From the NCBI GenBank assembly GCA_030425295.1, contig JAUIAT010000010.1, forward strand, positions 2,124 to 66,123: a stretch of DNA of 64,000 nt, read 5' to 3'. A program made the translations under genes and the position numbers. The first letter of the stretch is position 1, and each line of letters opens with the position of its first letter. This DNA is from Gammaproteobacteria bacterium. Its GTDB lineage: Bacteria > Pseudomonadota > Gammaproteobacteria > JAUIAT01. Below are positions 45,387-55,323 of this stretch, one piece after another. The notes under the pieces were generated by a model that saw nothing but the letters and a program-made list of their open reading frames with translations, had not been told where the DNA came from and ran no database searches.

Positions 45387-45775
45387 GGTCGTTGCTGCGT
45401 TGTTGCATAAACACTTGTAGGCTTTAAGGTTAAAATTATTTTCCCTTTATAATCAATAGATTAGTCTTTTAAGTTACTATTAGCTTTCATCCCGCGCCTT
45501 GATTGTGGGATCCATTGAACTAGATTCCGCAATCAAGGCGCGGAATGACAAAATTCTATAATTTCAAATAATTAAGATCTGTCATTGTTAACCTATTTTT
45601 TATTAGATAAATGAAACTAACAATTTATGCAACAACACTGGAAGCTGCTTAGAATGCAAAGCAAATTTTTTCTTTACTTAGGCTAATAGCCTCTCTATTT
45701 AACGAATTAAAGGGTAAATTTTCACAAATTATAGTAATTTGCGGCTGCAAGACCAATTGTCAACAGACCGCCCTA
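45384..45775. mobile_element. Composite: MITE A containing MITE B (45397-45638) containing REP palindrome (45487-45548)
   Basis: Outer ends tagggtcgttgc and gtcaacagaccgcccta; inner inverted repeats gcgttgttgcataaa and tttatgcaacaacac; core tcatcccgcgccttgattg...caatcaaggcgcggaatga. Confidence 0.7.
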
Positions 45776-45780
45776 GTACC

Positions 45781-46563
45781 TTAGAAAGATGAAGGTGTGT
45801 TTATGCGCCCTTCAACCTCCTGCTCTGGTGTGTGTATTGAGTTTTGATGATTATCATAACTCAAAGAGTGCAGGTGTAGCTTATTTTTATTGCTCACTAG
45901 AGTTTTATTTTCCGCATACTTTATTAGATCTCCAACCACCTTCCTTGCATGTTCTTTATATGAAATATCATGATGTTGGTGCACAAGGTAATGCCCTGTC
46001 CTGAAGTTGAATTTATTACCTTTCATGGTACCAGCAATTTGAACTTTTTCTTCTTTGGAAAAGCATAGATGTGTATGTCTTCCCATAAAATACGTATCCT
46101 CGATACAAATTAATTCATTTCGTGGAATTATTAGAAGTTTATGTTCTGTCACTGCAAAAATATATTCTATTTTTTTATCGAGATCTTTATCTCTATTTTT
46201 AATTTCATTTAAAAGTTTACTTGTTAATTCTTTTGGTTTTCCTTTAAAGATAGGATCACACGAATAAGTGACGCACAGATGCTCGCAAAAAAGATCATAA
46301 GGTTTTTGAGCTTTTTTTGCAGTGGGTAATTCAAATATCCGCAACTCTTTATTTAATTGCGGTTTATCATTTCTTATATTAGGAATTGCTCTAATGCTTT
46401 CTCTGAGGTCGGAGTGCCTTTGTAAAAATTTATCTATTTCAATGTTTATAAGCTGGTGAAATTTATTAATCGCATTGCTATCCCTTTTTGCATCAGGCAG
46501 CTTAAAAGGAAATTCTTTAGTGCCGTTTTGTGCCAAAAGATTGTGTGTAGTATTAATAAACAT
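45781..46563 (-). CDS. Hypothetical protein, possible toxin/effector-like domain
   Basis: YIFAVT..KLLI, H..L......V.IAG and TGHY pattern; no signal peptide. Confidence 0.55.
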   Translation of the reverse strand: MFINTTHNLLAQNGTKEFPFKLPDAKRDSNAINKFHQLINIEIDKFLQRHSDLRESIRAIPNIRNDKPQLNKELRIFELPTAKKAQKPYDLFCEHLCVTYSCDPIFKGKPKELTSKLLNEIKNRDKDLDKKIEYIFAVTEHKLLIIPRNELICIEDTYFMGRHTHLCFSKEEKVQIAGTMKGNKFNFRTGHYLVHQHHDISYKEHARKVVGDLIKYAENKTLVSNKNKLHLHSLSYDNHQNSIHTPEQEVEGRINTPSSF

Positions 46564-46664
46564 TAGTTAAGGTTACTCATCAATTATAATTGAGCGAATA
46601 TTACACTGTAAATATAAAAAATGAAAGTTAAATTTTTGCAGGGAAGGTTAAACCTTAAAAATTA

Positions 46665-48278
46665 TCAGCTCAGCTCTGCATCGTTATGATGCTCGTCTAT
46701 ATCATGCCTAAATTCAAGCTCTTGTAGATAATTAGCTGTCTTTTCAGAACTTAGTTTAAATACAGTTGAAAGTTTTATTATTACTAAACAGAAGATTGCA
46801 AATAAGGCAAGCATGGTTTTTGCATCAAATAGACCTAATCCTCCACCATAATTACCAATATAAGACAAGGCCATTAAACCAATAAGATATGGCCACATCC
46901 ATAGTGAGCTCTTGAAGTCTAGATCAAATAATTTGCCCTTAGATTCATATGAAAATATTTCACACAAAAATAAAATTATTAATCCAGATCCGATTGCGAT
47001 ACCCATTTTTGATAAGGTATCCCAACCACTCCAGTATGCAAGAAGAGTACATATATAAAATGCCAGAAAAGACCAAGTTTTACCAAATGGTAATTTTACT
47101 GGGCGCTTATAGTTAGGCATTTGCTTTCTTAATGTGATTAAACATATTGGCCCAATACTGTAAGTTACCGCTAGAAGTGAACTCAAAAAATTAACCATTT
47201 TATCCCAGCCTGGAAGTGGGGCAAACAACATCATGCCAAAGAAAAAGTTGACTATAATGGCATAAACAGGATTTCCATAACCGCTTAATTTTTGAAAAAC
47301 TTTAGGTATGTAGCCGTTAGTGCTCATACCATAAATTGAGCGTGCAGCACTACCGCAATACATCAGACCTGCTGCAAATGGACCAATTATCGCCCCTATA
47401 TAAAGCAATGGTAGTAATGACGCCAGGTTATCTTGCACCACAATTGCTGAGAATGGGCTATTATTGTTTTTTAGTTGAATGTCAGGCCATCCATTTAAAA
47501 TATTTTCAGGGGTCAAGGATGATAAAAAAGCTATTTGCAATAATAAATAAATAGCAAGGCAAAGCACTACGGAACCAACGATTGCAAAAGGAACGGAAAA
47601 TTTTGGATTTTTTGCTTCACCAGCCATTTCAGCAGCTTGTTTAAACCCATTAAAGGCGAACATGATGCCACCCATTGAAATAGCACCTAAAACTCCATGA
47701 AACCCCATGGGAGCAAATTCAGAGTGAGCAGGATGAAATATGCTTTTTTCTGAACTGAAGTAATACATTACAATACCCACTAGAATTAGTGGGATAATAA
47801 TTTTGATAATAGTAAGGAAATCATTAGCTTTAATTAGCCACCTGAGGGAGTACGTATTAATTGTACTTACAAAAACCATGAGAATTGTTGCTGCAATATA
47901 TCCTTTGGACGTTAACTGTCCGGATGAATAAGTTAAGCTTGGAAAGTAGTAGCTAGAGTATTGAATAACAGCCTGTACCTCAGTTGACATAAGAGATAGA
48001 TAAGAAAGCCAGATCAACCAAGCAAAAACAAAACTTACCATTGAACCATGCGTGAACTGAGGAATTCTTGCACTTGACCCACTAACAGGCATCATTGCAC
48101 AAAGTTCTGCAAAAACAAATGCAACTATAACTATAAATAGTCCACCAAGAAGCCAAGAGTATATTGATGCGGGACCAGCTAATTGAGCTGTGTAATAAGC
48201 GCTAAATAACCACCCGGATCCTAAAATAGCGCTTACTGATGTAAATAATAAGCTCTTAGTCGAAATTGAACGTTGCAT
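46665..48278 (-). CDS. APC family amino acid permease
   Basis: SAILGSGWLF, AGPAS, FAFNGF..AAEMAGEAKNP; 14 TM-like segments. Confidence 0.92.
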   Translation of the reverse strand: MQRSISTKSLLFTSVSAILGSGWLFSAYYTAQLAGPASIYSWLLGGLFIVIVAFVFAELCAMMPVSGSSARIPQFTHGSMVSFVFAWLIWLSYLSLMSTEVQAVIQYSSYYFPSLTYSSGQLTSKGYIAATILMVFVSTINTYSLRWLIKANDFLTIIKIIIPLILVGIVMYYFSSEKSIFHPAHSEFAPMGFHGVLGAISMGGIMFAFNGFKQAAEMAGEAKNPKFSVPFAIVGSVVLCLAIYLLLQIAFLSSLTPENILNGWPDIQLKNNNSPFSAIVVQDNLASLLPLLYIGAIIGPFAAGLMYCGSAARSIYGMSTNGYIPKVFQKLSGYGNPVYAIIVNFFFGMMLFAPLPGWDKMVNFLSSLLAVTYSIGPICLITLRKQMPNYKRPVKLPFGKTWSFLAFYICTLLAYWSGWDTLSKMGIAIGSGLIILFLCEIFSYESKGKLFDLDFKSSLWMWPYLIGLMALSYIGNYGGGLGLFDAKTMLALFAIFCLVIIKLSTVFKLSSEKTANYLQELEFRHDIDEHHNDAELS

Positions 48279-48430
48279 TAAGCTTCCTTTGGTTTTTGCG
48301 ATCAGTAATTGTCCCTTGTTTATAGATTGATGTCAAATAAGTCGTGGTCAAACTCAGGGCAAACGCATCTAAATTTATACAATTGTTAATACGGAGTCTT
48401 AAAAATATAATTATATGGAGACCCCAAAAG

Positions 48431-48620
48431 CGTCATCTCGACTGGAGCACCATAGGTGCGTTCCTACGTCATCTCGACTGGAGCACCATAGGTGCGTTCC
48501 TACGTCATCTCGACTGGAGCACCATAGGTGCGTAATGGAGAGATCTAACTGAATTATATTTTCAGATCTCTCGACTACGCTCGAGATGACAGTTGTAGTT
48601 TACGCTCAAGATGACAGCTA
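48431..48620. repeat. 36-bp tandem repeat (x2.8) forming the left arm of a GTCAT..ATGAC REP-like element
   Basis: cgtcatctcgactggagcaccataggtgcg(ttccta) at 48431, 48467 and 48503, then gagagatct...agatctctcgactacgctcgagatgac and a second tacgctcaagatgac. Confidence 0.85.
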
Positions 48621-48803
48621 TAGTTCTTGAGGTGTTAAATTAGGGGGTAGTGACAGCTTCTAGGCGGTGAAACTTGTGACACAGTTCTTTGTAGCGTGTT
48701 TTAGTCAATTGTGCAAATTTGGATGTGTTTACCCTGTGGTCAAATTGAAAAACGACTAAAATGTAATACAATTAAGACAGTAGCCATGGATAAGGTGATT
48801 AAT

Positions 48804-49820
48804 ATGACGTTAAGCAGATTGAACACATCTTTGTTAGTTGGTGTTTTTGGTATTATTTTGTTTTTATTTGTACCTAGCGCTCAGGCAATAAATAATTATT
48901 ATGATCAGCTTCCAGCTGATCTTAGAAAGCCAACAGGTAGAGTGGATTCAGGAGATATTTACCGCCAGGTTTATGCCATTAATATATTATTGGACCAATT
49001 TTTAAAAGCTATGGGGCAAACCAAAAAAAAACATCCCGAGTTAATTATTGCCAATGTGCAACCTAGAGAACTTCTTTTTCAAGCAAAAGCACTCTACGCT
49101 CAAACGAGCAGGTTATCATTTGAGTATACTAGGAAGTCAGAAAGTCCTATATCCCGGGCTAACATTCGCAATGTAAAACTACGAGATATTTGGATTATTG
49201 TTCATGAATCTTTAGTTACTCTTTATAATTTACGACCAGTTCTTGATGTAGTAGAGCCTGTTAAAGTGCCAAAAATTATTGAAAGAAAAACGTTAACAGA
49301 GGTTTATCAGCAAATTCTTGATGTTAATGAAAAATTAGATGATTTGGCTTGGTTTGAATATTCTCCATCTGAATCTTATCAGGTTGTAACTCAAGCTATA
49401 TATTTTGCTAGCGCTTTAATTCAATTTTCTCCTAACCCTAAGCCAATTCCTGAAGCTCCTGGGTTTATAAGAGGTCAGACATCCGCCGATGCGTATAAGC
49501 AGCTATTGAAAATCATGAAAAACATTGATCAAATTGCAAAAATCAGTGGTATTCCAACTTTAACTCTTACCGATAAAGATTTAACCAGCGTTAGACCGGT
49601 TGATGTTTATAATTTAGCAAATTTAGTATTATCAGAACTGCAGTATATTTTTGATTTAGCAGGCGGAAATGAAAATAAGGTTCCTGTGTCATACTATCCA
49701 GGGTGGAAATTTCCTTCACATGTTAACCAAAGAATTGGTGTTTTAAGTCAGCAGGTAGATCAACTGCTAAAAACTGTTAAAGACAACCCTAGTTGGATTC
49801 TTAAAGGAAGGAGATCTTAA
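48804..49820 (+). CDS. Periplasmic helical-repeat protein
   Basis: Start after TAAGGTGA; signal ending AQA; repeated P.(D/E)(V/I/S)Y helices; stop overlaps the cyclase start (TAATG). Confidence 0.75.
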   Translation: MTLSRLNTSLLVGVFGIILFLFVPSAQAINNYYDQLPADLRKPTGRVDSGDIYRQVYAINILLDQFLKAMGQTKKKHPELIIANVQPRELLFQAKALYAQTSRLSFEYTRKSESPISRANIRNVKLRDIWIIVHESLVTLYNLRPVLDVVEPVKVPKIIERKTLTEVYQQILDVNEKLDDLAWFEYSPSESYQVVTQAIYFASALIQFSPNPKPIPEAPGFIRGQTSADAYKQLLKIMKNIDQIAKISGIPTLTLTDKDLTSVRPVDVYNLANLVLSELQYIFDLAGGNENKVPVSYYPGWKFPSHVNQRIGVLSQQVDQLLKTVKDNPSWILKGRRS

Positions 49821-51724
49821 TGACTCCCTTTAGAAAACGTCGAGATGGAGATAAAAAGATAGAAATAAAACCTAATCTTATAAAGAGATTAGGTGAATTT
49901 ATTTTATTTGGTAACTGGAAGACTATTAAAGGCAAGTTCATACATGCATTTATGAATATTGCAATTGCTGCAGTTCTAATGCTAGTTGTAGCATTAACAA
50001 CTTTTATTTGGCTTCGAGATCATGCACTAACTTTGGCTGAGCAAAGGGGGCCGATGGCGCAAGCAGCAATGGGGCTTGATAGCGGATTGCAGCGTAGTTT
50101 ATCCGCTATCAGAGGTTGGGTTTCTGTGCCTGACAAACATTTTCTTAAGGTTTATAAGGATACCTGGAGTGCTCAGGTATGGCCTAGTTTCAATAAACTA
50201 AAAAAACTAGGAGAATCTAACGATAACGAAGAAATCATAGAAAAATTAAAGGAGTTAAATCCGAAACTAGTTCTTTTATTTAATATACAATGGACTATTG
50301 CGGATATTGCTCATACTACGGGAAATAATCCTGCTTTAAAATTCACAAAACTTTCAGTTGCCCCCGTATTAAAAGGAATTATTGGGCTAGTTGATGGGGT
50401 AATTGAATTACAGGAGCAATCAGGGTTAACCGATTCTCGCAAAGTGGCGCTGCTGAAAAATTTAAAAAGCCAATTACTATTAAGTTCGCATGCATTGCAA
50501 GCTTATGCTTTGACTCAGCACGAATCAGATCATCAGGAGTTTTTAACGTATTTTAATTCTGCTTTAGCTTTAAGTGAAGATAAAGATTTATATCCAAATG
50601 GGGGAGAGGATACCTGGATTAATCAGGAAGCTAAAAGACTATACAATAGTTTAACACCTGAGCTATTGGCATATCAATTTTTGTCTCAGGAAGCTGTATA
50701 TTTAGTGCAAGATGGAGAAACTAATATTGCAAATCAATGGTTAGAATTTAGAGCAATGCCTCTTGAGATTGAGATAACCAAGTTGCTTAATAATATTGTT
50801 GAAACACAGCAAACACTTTTGGCGTACGGCAGCCAACAAGTTGCTGATGTTGGATCAGTTGCTCCTTGGGTTATGGCTCTTCTTATTGCATCCACGTTTA
50901 CTATAGCTGTGCTTCTGGCTGTATTTGCTGCCATGCAGCTTGTCAGGCCAATTTCAAATCTTTCTAGTGCCACCAAGAAGTTAGCAAGTCACCAATTAAA
51001 TAAAGATCTTCCAGTATCAAGCAAAGATGAGCTTGGTCAGTTAACTATATCTTTTAATAAAATGAGGGCATCTCTTCAAGCCTCTGAAGAGCAAACTGAA
51101 AAACTTTTGCTTAATACTTTGCCCAAATCCATTGTGAAACGCTTAAGGAATGGTGAAGAGTTAATTGTTGATCAGTTGAATGATGTAAGTGTTGTTTTTC
51201 TGGATTTAGTAGGATTCACTAAACTTGCGTCAAGCGTTCCTCCAAAAAGATTAATTCAAATTTTGAGTTATTTGTTTGCCCACTTTGATACTTTAGTAGA
51301 AAAGCATCATTTAGAAAAAATTAAAACTATTGGTGATGCTTACATGGTTGCTGGGGGAGCTCCTGAGCCAAACAAAAAGCATTTAGAAAACTCTATTGAG
51401 TTTGCACTAGAAGTCGTAAAAAGCTTAGACAAATTTAATAAAAAGCATAAAACTAAACTTCAAGTTCGTGTTGGAGTTCACGTTGGTCAGGTTATCGCTG
51501 GAGTTATAGGTCAGAGTAGATTTACTTACGACTTATGGGGTGATACGGTTAATATTGCAAGCCGCATGGAGTCTCACGGCATCCCAAATTCTGTACAGGT
51601 TACTGATGCGGTATACAATAGATTAAAAAATAAATATGACTTTGAAAAACGTGGTGAGATAGAGATCAAAGGCAAAGAGGGCGAGCACAAAGTATACCTA
51701 GTGAAGGGCAAGAAGCTTAAGTAA
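49820..51724 (+). CDS. Membrane class III adenylate cyclase (TM-sensor-TM-HAMP-CYC)
   Basis: HAMP DELGQL..SFN.M; FLDLVGFT, KIKTIGDAYM and YDLWGDTVNIASRMES motifs. Confidence 0.93.
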   Translation: MTPFRKRRDGDKKIEIKPNLIKRLGEFILFGNWKTIKGKFIHAFMNIAIAAVLMLVVALTTFIWLRDHALTLAEQRGPMAQAAMGLDSGLQRSLSAIRGWVSVPDKHFLKVYKDTWSAQVWPSFNKLKKLGESNDNEEIIEKLKELNPKLVLLFNIQWTIADIAHTTGNNPALKFTKLSVAPVLKGIIGLVDGVIELQEQSGLTDSRKVALLKNLKSQLLLSSHALQAYALTQHESDHQEFLTYFNSALALSEDKDLYPNGGEDTWINQEAKRLYNSLTPELLAYQFLSQEAVYLVQDGETNIANQWLEFRAMPLEIEITKLLNNIVETQQTLLAYGSQQVADVGSVAPWVMALLIASTFTIAVLLAVFAAMQLVRPISNLSSATKKLASHQLNKDLPVSSKDELGQLTISFNKMRASLQASEEQTEKLLLNTLPKSIVKRLRNGEELIVDQLNDVSVVFLDLVGFTKLASSVPPKRLIQILSYLFAHFDTLVEKHHLEKIKTIGDAYMVAGGAPEPNKKHLENSIEFALEVVKSLDKFNKKHKTKLQVRVGVHVGQVIAGVIGQSRFTYDLWGDTVNIASRMESHGIPNSVQVTDAVYNRLKNKYDFEKRGEIEIKGKEGEHKVYLVKGKKLK

Positions 51725-51978
51725 ATATTTATTAAAGAGCATACTATGAAAACTACTACTTACGCGCACCTTGCTCATAAAACATCAATAGTCCTTCTTT
51801 AAAATTACACGTTCATACATTGAGTATAGGATATAATAAATTGGATTTTGATATAATCTTGGTTATGGAATCTGCTCTGAAGTGCACTTCCAGCAAGAGC
51901 CTGAGTTAATGTATGTGGGCGCTTTATTAATCGTTATGAGTCCAGTTAAGTTAATTTTTTTATATGATTAGATTAGCT

Positions 51979-52734
51979 TTAAAATATAAATACTTGTCTT
52001 GGCTCAACAAATCCTGCAAAACCTTCGCTTAATGGGTCAGGTAGTTTTCCTGGGTTGTAGTGGTAGAGCCACATTTTCTTTTTTATGTGATCAGGTAAAG
52101 TTTTCAGCTGATCAAAATGCGAATGAACGCCACTTCGAAATAGCGTAGTTTCACAATCATGAAAAATTATGTCAGCTTTTTCATAGTAAGGCATTAGGTA
52201 ATCTGGCGTAAATTGTGTATCTGTAGTAAATAGCACTGAAGTTTTGTTTGCCTTAAAGAATATACCAAAGCTCGGCATCCAGTTTTTGTTGCTCTTAAAG
52301 TGGTGCGTTCGTATTAGGTTTACTTTAAGCCCATCGTAGTCAAATTTATCTGAAACATGATGAGTATTAAAAAAAGTTTCAATGGTAGCATCTTCATCAT
52401 CAAGAGTTTTTAATCCTGATGAAAGGTTATTTTGCCAAAGAGTAGGTATTAGCTCTTCTGATGCGTAAAGATCCGGTTTGCTTACTGTAGGATCAAATTT
52501 TCTTGCAAGAGCTAACCACTCGAGTCCACCGCTATGATCTGCATGATAATGGCTTATGTAAACTGCGTTAATATCTTTGTATGATAACCCTAAAGCATTC
52601 AAAGAATGTCTAGCATCAGAGCCACAGTCAATTAGGAGGCTTTTACCATTATCCATCTTTAGCAGTGCATTGGAATGATAGTTATTATCTCCAACTGTGA
52701 ATGCAGAACCTGTTCCAAGAAATACTAATTCCAT
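51979..52734 (-). CDS. MBL-fold metallohydrolase (RNase Z / cNMP phosphodiesterase-like)
   Basis: FLGTGSAF, LIDCG, SHYHADH, TTDT, FHDC, VHSH and LYHY motifs. Confidence 0.85.
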   Translation of the reverse strand: MELVFLGTGSAFTVGDNNYHSNALLKMDNGKSLLIDCGSDARHSLNALGLSYKDINAVYISHYHADHSGGLEWLALARKFDPTVSKPDLYASEELIPTLWQNNLSSGLKTLDDEDATIETFFNTHHVSDKFDYDGLKVNLIRTHHFKSNKNWMPSFGIFFKANKTSVLFTTDTQFTPDYLMPYYEKADIIFHDCETTLFRSGVHSHFDQLKTLPDHIKKKMWLYHYNPGKLPDPLSEGFAGFVEPRQVFIF

Positions 52735-55205
52735 TATCTTGACCTTTCATCAGCTACTTTTTCAATGTTGTCAGTAATTGTAGGATAGTTAGCTTTAATT
52801 TTCTCAAAATCTGAACGTTTAAGTTCATAGATTACACAAGGCGTTGTTGCTCTACAGGTTGCTGTACGTTGAACATCTCTAATTAGAGCTATTTCGCCTA
52901 TAAAATCGCCGGCTAATAAGCTAGCTAAAGTTTCTTGCTTACCATCTTTTTCAACGAATACCCTGACTACACCTTTGGCAATGAAATACATTGAGCTTCC
53001 TTTATCACCTTGTCTAATTATTTCGTGACCAATTCCTATGGTGTAAGAATTAAACATTTTATATATTTCTTTAAACTGACTTTTTGACAAGCCATCAAAT
53101 ATATAAGCTTTATTGAGAAGTTCGTAAGGATCAGCTTTATAAGGCTTAATTTTATGCCTATTTATCTCATTAAGCTTTTCATTTAAATTCTCTTTCATTT
53201 CTTTTGCTAGCGATTCAGGAAGTCTTCCAGAATGAGCCTGATCATCAATAGTTTCAATTCTAGACTGAATTACAGCTCTTTCTGTGAAAAGTTTTTGTAG
53301 ATCAAGGATAATGCTAGGGAAGTCCTCTGCCATTTTATCTAACTGTTCCTTTGTCATCTTATTCCAGGAGTTAAAGTGTCTCTTTAAGCTATCTACTGTT
53401 TCCGCATGTAGGCCTGTTTCAATTTTAAATTTATCTAACTCCTCAATAAGTTGATTGCTGCATTCATGTAGTGCCCATACTTCTTCATACTCGCGAATTA
53501 GTCTTTTTGTGCGAAGTGAATCACTCAGAAAACTGAGCCAGGATATAGGCTCAAGAAACTTTATATATAGTAGTTCCAAGTATTTTGGCATTTTGCGAAT
53601 TTCAGTAAGAACCGAAAGCCCTCCACCATAGCGTACAGCATCAACTTGAGCTTTAACCATATCGTGAAGGTTTCTATATGCTGATTCAGATATAAATCCT
53701 TTGCCATAAAGTATATATAGCTGCTTGTCCTCAGAAGTTAGCAAATTCAGTAAAACAAACTGTTCAGTTTTTTTGGCATCTAATTTGTGTTCTTGAAAAC
53801 TTTCAAACTTATCTTTAGATAATCTCACCTCATTTTTTAGCTTTTTGCCGTAACTATTTGATACTGTGGGGGAAAATAGCCCTTGATGGGTAATCTGCTG
53901 CAATCTTTTTTCTGCGTGCTCATAAGAAACAATATTTGTCTCCATCTGGATAAATCTATCAATTAACGGGAGCTTATCTAACCCAAGCTTTCTTAACAAT
54001 TTTTCAATCGATAGGCCCTGCACAAACAGTGTGAAAAGTACCGCACCTGTTGTTATATCAATAAACAGTCCTTGCTCCGGGATATCTTTAAGACCCAAGA
54101 CAATTGCCAATGCAATTGCCCCGCGCAATCCTCCCCACCACATTATTGTCTGGTATGGAATATTTACTTTTGTAGACAGTGGCATTTTTCTGGTTATAGG
54201 GATAAGTCCATAAATTATTACAGCGCGTGAAACTAGCATTGCTATAATAACTACAGTTAACTCAAGCATAAAATTGTTAGAGGGATGTAAGTTGATGCTT
54301 AATCCCACTAATAAGAAAATTACAGCATTAGCAAGATATGCCGCAAACTCCCAGAAGTTATTAAGATATTCTGATACTGAAGGCGACAGCTTAGCTTGCC
54401 CCCAGTTACCCATGGTAAGTCCAGCAGCAACAACGGCCAATACGCCACTTACATGTAGTACGTCATCAGCTATGATAAAAGATGCATAAGCTAGAACCGT
54501 TGTTAAGCAAATCTCTATTTCAGGCTCACCTTTGATATGACCTAGAACCCAACCAACAAACCTAGCAAACAGCCACCCAAAAGCTAATCCCCCAAAAAAC
54601 TCAGTAAAAAATTCAATAAAGCCATGTCCAATATTATGTGAAGTTACTGCTCCCGCTGCAATTATCATTAACATAACTTTTGCTGCAACCAAAGAGGTTG
54701 CATCGTTCATTAAGCTTTCACCCTCTACTAATATCGTTAATCTTTCTGGTGCGCCTAGTTTTTTAAATAAAGAAACAACAGCAACTGGATCTGTTGCGCT
54801 TAGAATTGCACCTAAAAGCAAGGCTGGTAGCAAAGCAATTGCTGTAAAACCTGAAACAAATAGGCCTATTATAGTCATTGATATTAAAAGACCAGGAATA
54901 GCTAGAACCAAAATTGGTGTAATATTCCTTTTTAATTGCTGACTGTCAAGGTTGTAAGCTGATTCAAATATTAAAGTTGGTAAACAAAGATAAAGTATAA
55001 AATCAGGGGTTAATTCATAGTGTGAAATAAAGCTTGCCCAGGATAACCCTTTATCACCTAGGTAGTCTAGAGATATACCAACAGCAACGAGCATGATAGT
55101 AAAGGGAAGTTTAACCCGAATACAAAATGCTGTGACAATAGCAGCTATTAACATCAAGCTTATAGTTGCTGTGACGAGCTCAAGAATTGGCACACCTGTT
55201 TCCAT
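52734..55205 (-). CDS. CPA1 Na+/H+ antiporter with C-terminal cyclic-nucleotide-binding domain
   Basis: LPTLIFES, ATDPVAV, EGESLMND and GGLRGAI motifs; CNBD IIRQGD.G..MYFI..G...GDFIGEIAL....RTATC. Confidence 0.93.
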   Translation of the reverse strand: METGVPILELVTATISLMLIAAIVTAFCIRVKLPFTIMLVAVGISLDYLGDKGLSWASFISHYELTPDFILYLCLPTLIFESAYNLDSQQLKRNITPILVLAIPGLLISMTIIGLFVSGFTAIALLPALLLGAILSATDPVAVVSLFKKLGAPERLTILVEGESLMNDATSLVAAKVMLMIIAAGAVTSHNIGHGFIEFFTEFFGGLAFGWLFARFVGWVLGHIKGEPEIEICLTTVLAYASFIIADDVLHVSGVLAVVAAGLTMGNWGQAKLSPSVSEYLNNFWEFAAYLANAVIFLLVGLSINLHPSNNFMLELTVVIIAMLVSRAVIIYGLIPITRKMPLSTKVNIPYQTIMWWGGLRGAIALAIVLGLKDIPEQGLFIDITTGAVLFTLFVQGLSIEKLLRKLGLDKLPLIDRFIQMETNIVSYEHAEKRLQQITHQGLFSPTVSNSYGKKLKNEVRLSKDKFESFQEHKLDAKKTEQFVLLNLLTSEDKQLYILYGKGFISESAYRNLHDMVKAQVDAVRYGGGLSVLTEIRKMPKYLELLYIKFLEPISWLSFLSDSLRTKRLIREYEEVWALHECSNQLIEELDKFKIETGLHAETVDSLKRHFNSWNKMTKEQLDKMAEDFPSIILDLQKLFTERAVIQSRIETIDDQAHSGRLPESLAKEMKENLNEKLNEINRHKIKPYKADPYELLNKAYIFDGLSKSQFKEIYKMFNSYTIGIGHEIIRQGDKGSSMYFIAKGVVRVFVEKDGKQETLASLLAGDFIGEIALIRDVQRTATCRATTPCVIYELKRSDFEKIKANYPTITDNIEKVADERSR

Positions 55206-55323
55206 ATTTGCTTCCTTTCAAATATAATATTTTATAACTGATTAAATAATAACTTTAAATCTCGGTTTAAATCAATTTTAAGTGTATACTTTGCAGTATA
55301 TTAAACATATTTAGGTTAATAGA

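Noticed and set aside
48431-48532. CRISPR array (36-bp period)
   Set aside because: Units are head-to-tail with identical 6-bp linkers, no unique spacers and no cas genes.
48344-48535. 63-aa ORF with RHLDWSTIGAFL repeats
   Set aside because: Translation of the DNA tandem repeat; no independent coding evidence.
51760-51770. XerC-arm-like GGTGCGCGTAA on the minus strand
   Set aside because: No XerD arm alongside it.
51725-51978. Pseudogene remnant between the cyclase and the MBL hydrolase
   Set aside because: Only short open stretches with no recognisable family.
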